A stretch of DNA of 63,873 bases, taken from contig RDEW01000044.1 in the NCBI GenBank assembly GCA_011109175.1, positions 163,397 through 227,269 on the forward strand, read 5' to 3'. Of this stretch, positions 26,732-40,489 are shown one piece after another. Position 1 is the stretch's first letter. The number at the start of each line of letters is the position of its first letter. The translations under genes and the position numbers were made by a program. The notes beneath the pieces were generated by a model, which did no database searches, was not told the origin of the DNA, and saw only the letters and a list, made by a program, of their open reading frames with translations. Source of the stretch: Dicyema japonicum (Eukaryota; Animalia; Dicyemida).

Positions 26732-27656
26732 NNNNNNNNNNNNNNNNNNNNNNNNNNNNNNNNNNNNNNNNNNNNNNNNNNNNNNNNNNNNNNNNNNNNN
26801 NNNNNNNNNNNNNNNNNNNNNNNNNNNNNNNNNNNNNNNNNNNNNNNNNNNNNNNNNNNNNNNNNNNNNNNNNNNNNNNNNNNNNNNNNNNNNNNNNNNN
26901 NNNNNNNNNNNNNNNNNNNNNNNNNNNNNNNNNNNNNNNNNNNNNNNNNNNNNNNNNNNNNNNNNNNNNNNNNNNNNNNNNNNNNNNNNNNNNNNNNNNN
27001 NNNNNNNNNNNNNNNNNNNNNNNNNNNNNNNNNNNNNNNNNNNNNNNNNNNNNNNNNNNNNNNNNNNNNNNNNNNNNNNNNNNNNNNNNNNNNNNNNNNN
27101 NNNNNNNNNNNNNNNNNNNNNNNNNNNNNNNNNNNNNNNNNNNNNNNNNNNNNNNNNNNNNNNNNNNNNNNNNNNNNNNNNNNNNNNNNNNNNNNNNNNN
27201 NNNNNNNNNNNNNNNNNNNNNNNNNNNNNNNNNNNNNNNNNNNNNNNNNNNNNNNNNNNNNNNNNNNNNNNNNNNNNNNNNNNNNNNNNNNNNNNNNNNN
27301 NNNNNNNNNNNNNNNNNNNNNNNNNNNNNNNNNNNNNNNNNNNNNNNNNNNNNNNNNNNNNNNNNNNNNNNNNNNNNNNNNNNNNNNNNNNNNNNNNNNN
27401 NNNNNNNNNNNNNNNNNNNNNNNNNNNNNNNNNNNNNNNNNNNNNNNNNNNNNNNNNNNNNNNNNNNNNNNNNNNNNNNNNNNNNNNNNNNNNNNNNNNN
27501 NNNNNNNNNNNNNNNNNNNNNNNNNNNNNNNNNNNNNNNNNNNNNNNNNNNNNNNNNNNNNNNNNNNNNNNNNNNNNNNNNNNNNNNNNNNNNNNNNNNN
27601 NNNNNNNNNNNNNNNNNNNNNNNNNNNNNNNNNNNNNNNNNNNNNNNNNNNNNNNN
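26732..27656. other. Assembly gap (925 N)
   Basis: Run of n. Confidence 1.
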
Positions 27657-27950
27657 GCATACTCAATGGCAGGCGCGATTGTTTGTTGGTAGAGTGTAGA
27701 AACGGAAAAGTTTATGTTCCTCGTGGTCCTCCGAACAAGGGCGCGTATAACGTTAACTTTTTGGAGGCCCCTGGTGATCATGTCTGTTGCGTGGGAGTTG
27801 AAGTTGAGAAGGCTGTCGTACTTGACTCAAGGACAATGGGGGACTTTGTCACTGGAATTCTAATGGGACCAATGAAAAGACTCGGTTCATCCTTGGAACG
27901 ACGGTCCGACGTGAATGTGGAACAGATAGACTTGGTTGCAGAAATCGTTA
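27657..27950 (-). mobile_element. Jockey/I-like RT fragment
   Basis: Reverse complement closely matches 5661-5890; LYQQTIAPAIEYA. Confidence 0.85.
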
Positions 27951-28399
27951 GACGTCCAGAATGTTAAAATTAGGTGTTGCACAGGAACAAGTCAAAAGCA
28001 TCTAAGAAATATGCTAGAGCACTGCCAGATAGTTCTTGATCACCCTTCCGTTGGTACAATAAAATGTTCATATTCTTTTCGTACCCAAACTTTCGCATTC
28101 CAATCTCCAATTATAAAGTCCATAGAATTTGCAGTCTGATACGAGTAGGATTACTCTATAATTTCCAGAACGTTCGTCAAATTTCCCCTGCCCTTCGTCT
28201 TTTGGAAATAGCAGAATGAACATCAAATCAGCAATATTCATATATTAATAACTATTTTAATAATCTTTGAGTTTTATTCTAAAGTAGTGATAAGATAAAT
28301 ATTATTAATATTATATTAATATTTAAAATATTAAATTTAAATAAATTAAATAGTGGGACACCAAGATTGATAGTTGGTAAAGGCAAAATCATGGAATTT

Positions 28400-30480
28400 A
28401 TTTGATAACAGCGATACGACTGTGAAGAAATACAAAAAATCAAAGAAGGAATGTTGGTTAATCAATATGAAGACTGTATAACATAAATTATTGAAAAGAG
28501 AGAAGCGAATGATGAGGATGGTCAACTTGTGCAATCAGTTGACCTTTACTTTGTGGAGAAGGATGGAAACAAATTTAAAGTATGTTGAATTATAATAAAA
28601 GCTAGCTATGCCCTATAATTCATATTTTTATGTTACGTGTTATGTTCTCATTGTATATAAGCATTCAGATGAGGATATATTTTTGAATAATTATAATTCT
28701 TCGGCTCTTCATTATGAATGGTATTTTATTGATGGAAATGTATCATATAAAAGTTATCATAGGGATTTCCAATTATGTGGTACCTCATGATGTTCAGGAT
28801 TGTGAGTAAATGCCCATTCCTGGGGTTGGTGGAAAGTTTACAATGATAAATCACCCATATGAAGTTATATTTAATTTAATAACAGAAATCTGTATTGATT
28901 ACTTTCTTGACCGTGACAAAATTTCAGTCAGATGTATTTGTCACATTTCAGATGCTATAGCTTCATTTTACAATATAACCATGTATGATGAGATTGGAGT
29001 AAAGAAGGATTTTCATGGAGATTAAATTCTTCGTTGTTCATGTAATGTGGGTAAGTTTATTCTTTTGTTATATTAGGTGAGTGAAAGGAGACGTTCATTT
29101 ACCAATTCAGGCATTTAAAGTAGTAACTGAACTAAATTAAATAATGAACTAGTTGAGATGGACCCTGAAGATAAGCGTTCTATGGTTGTAAGGAACCTCA
29201 AACCTTTGGAACTTACTCTGGTGCTATAGCTACTTATTATCTTTATATTAATTTTATTAACACTTATATATTCTCACTAATTTTTCCATAGTCATGATGA
29301 GGTTTGTATTACATTATATGTAAGGCTCTAGGAAAAGGACAGACACTCTCTGTGAGGTACTCTTATTGAAACAGGCTACTAAACCGTTATAATCAAACAT
29401 ATGGAATAGATTGTTCGAATATCCATGTCACATGCTCTGGAAAGTTATGGAAAACAAAAAATCAATAACTACAGTAAGCTTAGTTTATATTTATAAATTG
29501 TTAGATCTCTTCTGTCCCATGGTGGCTACGAGTCCTATACTGGTTACATGTCACCTTTCAATCGCAGTCAGATGCCATACTTAATGTGACTTTAATCATT
29601 TTTACTCATGTTGGAAATATATAATATATTTGCCGTTAAATATTCAACATGTGCTTTTATGGAATACCAAATCATCTTCAATTACAAATAATTAAATAAT
29701 AGTTTAATTTTTTCATGGGATCATAGAAAGGTTTCACCAAACTTCGACAATAAAATTTTCAATCAACTAAAAACAGTAAATATTAATTAAAGATAGTTTG
29801 TATATTACGATCATTCGCTATAAATGAAAATACATTTTTAAAATTTAGAGGAGTTTTTGGAATAAACACAGTCATTCGTCAGTATAAAAGTTCATTATTT
29901 TTTAAATTCATAGAAAGTGAGAGTTCGGATGATGTTTCTCCACGATCATCAGATANTTGTTTATTTTTTTCATGGGATCATAGAAAGGTTTCACCAAACT
30001 TCGACAATAAAATTTTTAATCAACTAAAAACAGAAAATATTAATTAAAGATAGTTAGTAGATTACGATCATTCGCTATAAATCAAAATCTATTTTTAAAA
30101 TTTAGAGGAGTTTTTGCAATAAACACAGTTATTCGTCAGTATAAAAGTTCATTATTATTTAATTTTATAGAAAGTGAGAGTTTGGATGATGTTTCTTCAC
30201 GATCATCAGATGATCTTAACGTTTCAAATGTTTCAGGTAATTATTGTATAATGTATGCATGAAAACTTAGATGCAGATCATTTTATCTGAAATTTTACCG
30301 GTAAATCTAAATATATCTTATTTTAAGTGGATGAAGAATAGAATTTATATTCATAAGTCAAAACATTATCTTTCACTTAAGAGTGAGGCATTATATTGAA
30401 TAATTTTAGATACGATTATTGAAGGATTATGGAACAAAACCATGGCTAAAGGTACACAGATTAGAATCTCCACATGAAGA
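28400..30480 (+). pseudogene. Degenerate multi-exon FN3 + EGF-like surface protein gene with tiny introns
   Basis: SMVVRNLKP/GTYSGAIAT (FN3, frameshifted, about 29175-29235); YGIDCS and GGYESYTGY (EGF-like). GT-AG introns 29051-29076 (26 nt), 29474-29504 (31 nt), 30237-30270 (34 nt). Confidence 0.6.
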
Positions 30481-30779
30481 ATAAAGTGAAATTACTCAAA
30501 TTTTGTCGAACAACAAAATAGAGTTTTGTTTAATACTGTGATAACATATCAAGGAACTATCAAGAGAATTAAAAATAGTCAACATGATTCATGTCTAGAA
30601 AATATATACTTTCAATAAGAACAAATTCTTTGATTTTTTATTAGAATCCGATTAAATATTTATTGAATGACAGGTGACATGTAACCAGCACAGAATGGGT
30701 GACCCATGCTGGACTCGACAATTTTAAGTGATTCTGACATTAGGAATGTTGTTGGTTGGAATCAATATATTGATCATTT

Positions 30780-31200
30780 TTAATTATTCCGGCCTTTTTA
30801 CAAGGAGTAGTTGTATTGATAATTTAGATTCACAATCCCGTCCCTAGAATCAGCCATCTTCATTGACTTCAAAATAAACTGTTGCAAATATATAACTATT
30901 ATTTTCATGTTATTTTGTTCTTTTTGCAGTGAATGCATAACAATACTTGAAATATGTATAGTTTAAGCACATTTTCAGTATTTCTTTTTGACGACATTAG
31001 GAAGCATTGTGAATGCACGCTCCGTATCCTTATGAAATCTTTATAATCTAAATGTTTTTTAAATGTCTCGCTGCCATCTTTATCACTGCTATGATCATCA
31101 CATTTTATTGTTGTTCATAGTGCTTTTGTTATGTTGGTTTATAGTGTCAAAGGAATTTTCTAAGCAAATTCGAATTACTGATTTATTTGTTTTGTTCCAG
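30780..31200 (-). mobile_element. hAT (Tip100/ZMYM-like) transposase N-terminal fragment; a possible further piece lies at 37830-38260 (+)
   Basis: Minus strand KDGSETFKKHLD...HKD..AFTMLP resembles the WK...FKKH..S..H motif. Confidence 0.4.
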
Positions 31201-31329
31201 GCTAATTTTGAAGAGATGCCATATTTCTCACAAATAAATGCTCTTACAGACCCGACTTTATATCCCTATCATAAATTTTAATTTGATTTACTTCTTTGTC
31301 CTACTCCTTCTAAATTTTGGAGGATAAAT

Positions 31330-31980
31330 TTAAAAATTAAGAATTGCAAGATCATTTACGAAATTGAACAAGCTTAAAAATAATCAATTTATTAACAAAA
31401 ATAATATGGAATAAGAATAACTAAGAAACTGAAGACCCATTCTGTACAATCTGTTGTCGAAAATGAATTTGTGGAGATTTCTGTAAACACGATGATCAGT
31501 ACGGTTACGGCTGTACGAATAACAAACCTTACACTAATCATAACGGAAAACCAATGAATGCTCTTCACTTCTTTTTTTCTTTTGTTTGCTGAAAACTCCA
31601 TCTATCAGATTCGAAACCAAGAAATTCAGATTGGATGTGATCATACGTTATGTTCAGTCAAAGTTCACTAAACTGAGTTTAAAACGGGCTAGTCACCCCT
31701 TTTGTCACGCCGTGGACGATTCCCTTCAAGACTCGGTACAGGACACCTTCAGAGTGGATGGTAACATTTTTAGTGTTTGAATCATGTTATTGACATTTGG
31801 ATTAAAGAAGATCACATCTATGGATCAACATTTTTTTGCTAATGGGGATCTTATTGACCACATATGGGTCCAAACTCCCTACAATATACTCCTTCATAGA
31901 TTTGATTCATCAAATATCATTATTTTTTATTTTATTCGTCAATACAGGTTCGAATCTTACCTATACTGAAATCCTGGAAA
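31330..31980 (-). pseudogene. Degenerate FN3 + transmembrane gene
   Basis: KEYIVGSLDPY (FN3 L.P..Y-like); hydrophobic FSVMISVRFVIRTAVTVLIIVF in ORF 31392-31601. Confidence 0.45.
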
Positions 31981-32689
31981 TATTGTGCTATAGAATCTGA
32001 GTCAAGGTACGTTCACTCTCTGACTCACCATGAGATTTCATTGTAAGACTGACTATTAGTACCAACTAAAATTTAATTATCTTAGGCTTTATAGTTATAA
32101 AACCTGAGTCTTCCAGTGATTCAACAAATATACTTTACAAAGGTGAATTGATATAATAAATATGGTGTTAATGATGGTGAGATTCTCAGCTTCCTATAAG
32201 CTAACAAAGCTGAGATTACAACTTAACTTGATGGCTGCTGTTGAGTAACTGGTCACCAAATTGAAATGGTTGTGTAGCACCACTTTGAACATTTATCTAA
32301 TGATGGAAGTAAGAGACATTTGAACTAAAAGCCATTACCTGCTTCCTAAAAAACTTTCAGTCGGAATGTGGATAAGTCACATAAGTCTCAAGTTTCAGGG
32401 GCACGGAAAGAAGTTACCAATCATGTTTGGAAGAGTCATTCTGGATTCTAACTTCCTCGTCCCTGATAGTGGGCCGATTATTTTGACGAACTCCGATTTC
32501 GTTGTGAACTAATTATGGGAAATGAAGTTTCGTCGTCGGTATATACCACTTCAGTCATCCTATAGTAGTTTCCTCAGATCTTTCAGTGACTAAGAGAGAT
32601 TATTAGAAAACAAGTGGCTAACTGGAAAGTAGCGAAAGCTATCAAATTGTGTTGATTTAGGTTTTTCTTTAGATCCAAGAATATGTCAT

Positions 32690-33170
32690 CGTTAATCGAG
32701 TAATGGAGTCTGCTGATAGTCCTTCATAATTGAAGCTGTTGTCCGGACAGAGATGGAAAACGACCGGAAGAAATCACAATTTTTCTATCGAAGATGAGAA
32801 GTATTTGGTATCGGATACTACGTGCGTCGACCCCTTTGCCTATCCAACATTGTCGGGAGCGCGGTAAACACACTGTATAAAGCGGAAAAAACATTGAAAT
32901 CAAAAAAGAAAAAATTCGAAGAGTTCTTGAATAGTTCTCGGTTCCATCGTAGTTAAGACAACAAGAGGAATAAGAGGGAAATAGCTTTTTTCATAAAAAA
33001 AAAAAGAGATTTTATGATTTTAGAAAAATANAATATTGAAATCAAAAAAGAAAAAATTCGAAGCGTTCTCGAATGGTTCTCGGTTCCATCGTAGTTAAGG
33101 CAACAAGAGGAATAAGAGGGAAATAGCTTCTTTCATAAAAAAAAAGAGATTTTATGATTTTAGAAAAATA
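32690..33170 (+). mobile_element. CRE-like RLE fragment
   Basis: RDGKRPEEITIF, VSDTTCVDPFA, IVVKTT. End duplicated around n33031. Confidence 0.75.
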
Positions 33171-33479
33171 TTTATGCGCAATTTATAATTTAAATATGGT
33201 TATGGACAAAAATTACTGATTACTTTTAACAATGATTTTTCCGTCAAATTCTAAAGATTTAATCAACCAAGTATATACATTATACAAACAATAATAACAA
33301 ATTTTTGTACAATTTTAGGAGTAACCTATATTTTTGGAACACTTGGTGTTCCAAATGAAGCTTAGACTGTACGAATAATCCCGTCAAACACATTGTTTTA
33401 GTGTGTATTGACAAAATGTATGTCGCAAGAATCGTAAAACAGTGACAAATCACAAGGAGACTCAATCTGTCAGGTATCG

Positions 33480-34010
33480 TTCATTGTATACTTTGAATCT
33501 GCTATACAAGATCTCGGGAAGTATTTTTTAAATAGAATTTTCACGAGAGCCATAATCGGAAGTATTTAATAGCTTTTTCACTAGAGCTGATCGACCAGTT
33601 CTTCTCTTCCACTTAAGATTGATCAGCATAATCGTTCTTTCCAGGGAATCAGAGCTGATAACATGCCCAAAAAACGCCAATCAGTGTTCTACGATTCTTC
33701 TTTCTAGCGGAATGTCTGTATCCACTTGTTCGAGTACATCGGTGTTTGTTATATTAGAAGTCCAAGAGATTCTTAGTAAACTCCTTCAGCACTAAAGTTC
33801 GAAAGCATCAATTTTTCGAGTACATCGGTGTTTGTTATATTAGAAGTCCAAGAGATTCTTAGTAAACTCCTTCAGCACTAAAGTTCGAAAGCATCAATTT
33901 TTCCTCTATCTCCTTTTTCAGTTTCCATGATTCTGCGCCGTATAGACAAACCAGGAACACGCTTGTATTAACCAGCTAACGCCTGATGCAAACTTGATCA
34001 TTTCTCTTTT
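33480..34010 (-). mobile_element. Second RTE family (BovB/RTE-1-like) 3' fragment
   Basis: LYGAESWKL, KIDAFEL*C*RSLLRISWT..TNTDVL, FFGHV..DSLERTIM. Confidence 0.85.
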
Positions 34011-34799
34011 TGTTGAACTGATTCTTAAATTATGTCTTTTTCACACATATCGAATTGACTTTATTAAAGACCCCATCAACCAGGACAATAAAGTTTGGTG
34101 TCATTTAAAGTAAAAAAGCCACATACTATTGAAGAGACTCTTACTAAGCCATGTGCATTCGAAATGATAAAAACAGTTCTGAATTCCAATAGCAAACAAA
34201 AACCCATATTTTATAATTAATTAAATCTAAAAGGCAAGAAAAGTCTTAAGGAACCTAACTAATTTTTTTTTATAAAATTCGAATTCTGTTATATTTCGTC
34301 TCAGTCACATAATAGTTCCCAATATAAGGCTATAGTTTAACAGAATCAGCAAACATCTTTCAAAAGTGAACATTTCAAAAAATCAAAATCACAAGATCAG
34401 TCCAAACATAATTAACGATACATAATGAATTAACATTTCACATTACAAAAAGGTCAAACCAACCATATGACAGTTTCTCGACNGAAGAGAATCTTACTAA
34501 GCCATGTGCATTCGAAATGATAAAAACAGTTCTGAATTCCAATAGCAAACAAAAACCCATATTTTATAATTAATTAAATCTAAAAGGCAAGAAAAGTCTT
34601 AAGGAACCTAACTAATTTTTTTTTATAAAATTCGAATTCTGTTATATTTCGTCTCAGTCACATAATAGTTCCCAATATAAGGATATAGTTTAACAGAATT
34701 AGCAAACACCTTTCAAAAGTGAACATTTCAAAAAATCAAAATCACAAGATCAGTCCAAACATAATTAACGACTAATCCAACATAATGAATTAACATTTC

Positions 34800-35520
34800 A
34801 CATTACAAAAAGGTCAAACCAACCAAATAACAGTTTCTCGACAATAGTTAAAGAATGCTAATTTGTAAATTAGGTCATAAATTTCCACAATATGATTTTC
34901 TTTAAAATCAATCCTTTCATCTTTAGAACATGTAAACTGATTTGAGTCCATATCGAGCTTGATTCGTCACACACCCTTTCGCCTCTACATCTTTTTAAAT
35001 ATGGATAACCAGGATCACAATGTCAGAGGAAATCTTGTTTCAGAATATCCAAATCCTTCTACGATCGTCCTTCATAGAATTGAACTTTTTTTGGTTCAAT
35101 AAGCCCTACATTCAATGAACAGTCTGAAGGGGACCGTTTGTGTATAATTCCGTCAATTTGGGTATTCTCCAACCCACGATTAGATGATGGATATCCAGAA
35201 ATTGTTTAATAATACGTCCCCCAACAACCATACAAGACGAATGCCTATTCTTAGAAAATTATAATTTTTAGCAAATCTGCATGAATAATCTCTGTATTTA
35301 CAAAAATAGCAGATTATCTTTTAAAAAGGCTAAATGATTCAAGAGTCTTCCAACAAAATTCACACAACTTAATAATAGCAAATCGTCTCCATAAGCAGAA
35401 CTGAGGTATACATTTTCTAAAGTTTATCAATTCAGGTTGATGGATTTGTTTTAAGAGCAGAATTTTTTCAAATTCAGCAATCTCTACATAATCAACATTT
35501 TCATTGACACAATTCATGAT
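34800..35520 (-). pseudogene. Decayed SET-domain (NSD/SET2-like) gene
   Basis: Across frameshifts and in correct order: SNRG(W), FIE-VG-LIE, VEAKGCVTNQARY, then a post-SET-like C..SRNC. Confidence 0.4.
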
Positions 35521-37329
35521 TTAACATCAAAATTATAATATAGAACGTTATTTTTTAAAGGATTGTCGACAAAATATATATATTTCAGATGTGTAGCACC
35601 TCTCACTTTTACATTCAGCTTCTAGGCAAGCCATAATGACACATTACGTAATATTTAAAATTATTAATAATTCATTGATTATATAATATTCTTCGACAAA
35701 GATTTTCTTAAATGGCCGTAATTCACCCATTTTTCCAATCATACGAGAATTAAAGTATTGTGATAAATTTACAGTATCATTTTAACAATCGTAGTGATAT
35801 GGAGAAATTCTTGTCATGGTTAAACATTACTAATTATCCAATAATATTCTATCTACAGGATCTGTCGAACACTCTGGGCCGTTATTGAAGGAATATCTTA
35901 TATAAACAATCAATTTTGAGATTTACTTGAATTCATTAGCTTTATCAAAAATCATTCTAACAAACTGATATACCAGCAACCCACGTGTTCCTAGTGATAT
36001 GGATTTATGCAGACTTTGCCATTCGTGGAGTCAAATGGGAAATCGCAGCAACAAATATCCTTTAAATCACCCAGTCGAGCATCTGGAATGCGAATGTGTA
36101 AACTGATATACCAGCAACCCACGTGTTCCTAGTGATATGGATTTATGCAGACTTTGCCATTCGTGGAGTCAAATGGGAAATCGCAGCAACAAATATCCTT
36201 TAAATCACCCAGTCGAGCATCTGGAATGCGAATGTGTCTTATTATATATTTGTGGGGGAATACCTCCGTTAGTGAGGTCTTTGAGCAAAATAGGCCGGGA
36301 GATACATTTAATTTAAAACGATAGATATCCTTATTTTCATCATTTTTGTTATCCTATTATCAATTTCATTCCTTATAATGTATCGAATTTAGTTAAATAT
36401 TTAATAATAAAACATTTTTATTTTAAATTAATCTTTATTATTTAAAAACAAGCAGTTAAAAATTACTAGAAGTTCCTTTCAGTTGATGCAGTCCGCTCTT
36501 AGAATTGAAAACCCATTTTTATGACGATTTGTAAAGAGATGCGTTCAAAATCCAATTTCTTCTCTCTAAAATCTTTCTTTCTTGCGGTTCAACGGCTTAT
36601 AATATAAACATCTGCATATAATATAAACAAGGTATTCTTCAATGTGCTTGCTCCATAACGGCAAAGTTTACAGGCTGATCTGGCGATTTACAGGATTAAA
36701 AAAAGATCCTAGTTGGCTCTTCACACGTTGGCTTTTCCATTACATTGGGATCGCATAGGGGTAATTCCATTGCATCCTAATGCTAGTAGGCCAGGATTGC
36801 CCTTATTATAAATTACTATAATTGATATTTATCTCTTCAATATTAACGTCAGTTTTTTCAAGCTAAATATTTGAAAAATATCAGTTTTGTAAATCGCATA
36901 TATGCATTCAAATAAATAGAGTCCTCGTCGAAATTAATAGCGAGAATGGTTGTGTTTATTCTAATTAAAGGATATCAGACTCAAATAAATTTAAAAGCCT
37001 GAATTAACACTAAATAAAATTATTTTAAAAAACAAGTGTTTAACGAAAAAACTAATTCATTTATCGTGACGCTTTCCGGCAGATCTTTCACCAATGAACA
37101 GTGATCCAGAGGACTTTCTCATGAATGCTGAGGTCGATTACAGAACTCTTCAACATTAAGTGAAATTTTCTATAAGTTCAATGAAGACAATTTCACTCTT
37201 ATTAAATGCCAGCTCGGTATTGGGCGTCTTCTGAATAAAGAGGATGCAATGACAAATCGAAGGGAAGGAAAATCTTTAACCAATTAGATTAATGTCGCCA
37301 CAAGGGTAAATAATAATGAATTAATTATG

Positions 37330-37790
37330 AATGTTTGTGTTGGACACAATTATGTAGCCAGCCTGGATACGATCGTGTCCAAGTTTATATTGTTCATCAT
37401 ATTTGTCATAGAAAAAGTATGACACAATATAATCACAACATATTTTGGCAAACAGTCTTGCAGTGTGTCCTTTTCTCTTCGATAATGTCCCACAGCATCA
37501 ATGATGGAGGCACCATTAGCTTCTAGACAACGTATAATTATTTTTGTATGGGTGGTATTACTAGGAATTGTTTCAGGGGTATTCTGAGAAAAGAGGGTTA
37601 GATCCCTTTCCTATTAATCATTATTGCTAATAAGCATAGATATTCAATAAATGAGATATGAATACCCAATGGCAAGGTTCTCTGTCTATAAAAATCCCAA
37701 CTTAAGAAATTGGGCATGGATTCATCCAAACCACAATCCTACATGCATGCCGATCAAAAACAAGCCAGACGATGACGGTTCGAATTATTC
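37330..37790 (-). pseudogene. Second decayed SET-like fragment
   Basis: DCGLD, TENLAIG, FIEY, NGASIIDAVG, then Cys cluster HCKTVC. Confidence 0.35.
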
Positions 37791-40489
37791 ATGAGCTCCA
37801 GAGATTGTGAAGTAATCGATTTTTCTTTTTGACCTCTTGTCTGTGGCAGAAAAATTAACTAACCTCTCCAATGCAATTCAGATTTTTGACAAAGATGTTT
37901 CGAAAATCTCCAAGCGTTGAGTAACTCTCTGACGATCGGAAAAACATGAATCACATAAAAAAAGAATACTAATGATGCAACATCTGCCGTAAATCAATTT
38001 TATAGAAAATGAGATTATTCGATTTTTAACATTTTTTCCCATATGAATTCAGAGATATCTGATAGATGCAAAAATCTATGAATTACAATAATATTTGTGG
38101 ATTTTACAAAATTAAACTCATCTCCAAATTACCACTTATTGGTGAAGAAGTTGAGTTCCAAAAAGTATGGTTAATAATCTGTTCTCCCACTTCAATGAAT
38201 ACCGTGTTTACATTCCTTATACAATCGTCTTGATTACATTGTTAGCTCAAATAATCTCAAATCTGATATATTTAGAAAAATCCCAAAAAGATACAAAGAA
38301 ATTATGGACTTTAACTAAAATGGTGAATTTATCTAAAATGGTGAAATTGGGGGATTACTAGTGTCTACAAAATGATTCTGCAGATGTTATGTAAATCAAC
38401 AAATCTTTTGGAAAGCGTTTCAGTTCAACTGGACTATTTTCTACCTACGCAGAAATGAATTGGGTACATGGTTAGGTTCTGCATCACCACCTCTGATTAA
38501 AGAAATCTGGTAACGGTAGCTTATCGATCATCCTAATGGCTAATTGATTGGTAAGGGAAATAAGTTGGGTCTGTTGTCAACAAATGTAGGCAATTTTCTC
38601 CACGAACAGGTGACATTCATACAACTTAATTTAATTTTATAAAAATAATAATTATTATTTTAATAATATTTAAATAATAATTATAATAATAAACTTTTGC
38701 TGGTGGAGTATTCGAAAAGAATTTGTAATTTGTTAAAAGCTTTGATCATCTAATTAGTTGTTTTTACATTTCTTTCTGTGTTCTTGGGGTTTATAAATAA
38801 CAATCATTGCTTTTTGTTCCTCTCGCATAATCACGAGATTTTATAAGGGCGTACAAAATTGTGGAATATATTCTATCCAAACATTAACTAATAATTCATA
38901 TAGAAATAGTAGCTACTAACTGAGTTATCATTGGTCATTGAGAATTGTCTGTGATAATTCTGATACTATAGGGTAATGCAATCTTTCGGCTGGAGCACTA
39001 TTTGCTCGCTGTTCTCCTATAGCTGTCGCCTTTGGTAGACTGCGTTCTATTGTGAATTCGATGCATGTACGACGGAATTTAAAAAGAATAGTTTACGTTC
39101 ATGTCACTAACTATGTGTGTGGAGTGCCCAATGTCATGGATTGTAAACAAGAGCCTCGTCAGACGATTCCTTCAAAAAACTCGACTTGGCTATTTGTTTA
39201 GTTAAGACTTATTATTAGTCTACTAGTACTGGACACAGAGGGCACGTAAAAACCTGTTGAACAATGCTTGTTTAGGAAAGTATATAATTTGAAATAACTT
39301 TATATGTGATATATACTATTACTAATATTTCCTTTCAAAATCTCCACATATTCCAAATTCGTTTATCATTTATATAAAAAGTAAGTTTGTGAGTCTGATA
39401 ATATCTCATAGTTTACGTTCATGGCTATAACCTTGTGTGTGGAGTGCCAATGTCATGTTTTCTAGTATAGTGAAAGAGATGTGTATGTAAACGAGTTTTC
39501 TAGTAAGGTGAAAGAGATGTGTATGTAAAATAAAATGACCATACAAGACTGTTGTATTGACTACATGATTCAGTTTTATTTCACGCATCAGATATGTTGT
39601 ATTTTGGGTTAGAATATCNTGTATTGACTATATGATTCAGTTTTATTTCCCGCATCAGATATGTTGTATTTTGGGTTAGAATATCGTCTGACCAAAATTG
39701 GAGAACATTGATGAGTCTACCAGAGGAGGAACAGAGTACTATTAGTATTAATTATCGAATGTTCTTTAATCCTCAAACTAGTTATTAAATAAAATTGTTG
39801 GGTTGTATCAAATGACAACTGATATGGAGGTACGTTCTTGGAGCAACACTGCCTCGCTTTTATCCTTGGTGATATTTTGGGTTATTGACTAGTCTGACAC
39901 ACTAGGCGACTGCTTGTGCTCCAAAGATTCCTGAAGTTTCACGTCGAAAGGGGTAGTTATCCACGTCCTTCAACTCATCGACCTGGAAAGGATTGGAACT
40001 GCACTATTCAATATTTAAAGGTAACAACGACATTTGAACCAGAATTGAAGGTGACGATCATTTATTCGTATAAAAAGAGTCAAGAATACAAATCCATTTT
40101 CCTTAATAATCAAAATGATTCATTAAAGAAGCTGACTAAAGAAGTCAAAAATCCCTGTCACCAATCTATCCAATACAACTATCAACAGACCATAAAGTAT
40201 CTGGGGAGACTGCATAACATTCAGATGACAAAAATGTAGTAAATATTCGACTATTTCATTACTCTTGCTTAGTAGCAGCTCACATATTATGTCATTTATG
40301 TAATCACATGCTTTTCTAAAACATATATTTTACGCTTTACTTGTTTATGGCGAATCCGCGAAATTTGAATTTTGAATCCAACGTGATGAACTCTTCTTGA
40401 ATATATTTTATTATTTTTTATTGAGCTCTTTTTCACTATATTTTGCTAATTTTTTTAATTTTAAGTTTTTATGAACTCTAACAAAGGAT

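Noticed and set aside
26617-27967. Three long ORFs in the track
   Set aside because: They are artefacts of translating through the N gap.
26250-28230. RTE fragment repeated on both sides of the gap with an internal deletion
   Set aside because: Most simply an allelic or assembly duplication across the gap.
33280-33470. Possible Merlin/IS1595 zinc-ribbon fragment
   Set aside because: Only scattered Cys residues and no catalytic motif.
16978-39690. Tandem duplications centred on single n (17153, 25185, 29956, 33031, 34483, 39619)
   Set aside because: Typical of scaffolded overlapping contig ends or haplotypes; not treated as biology.
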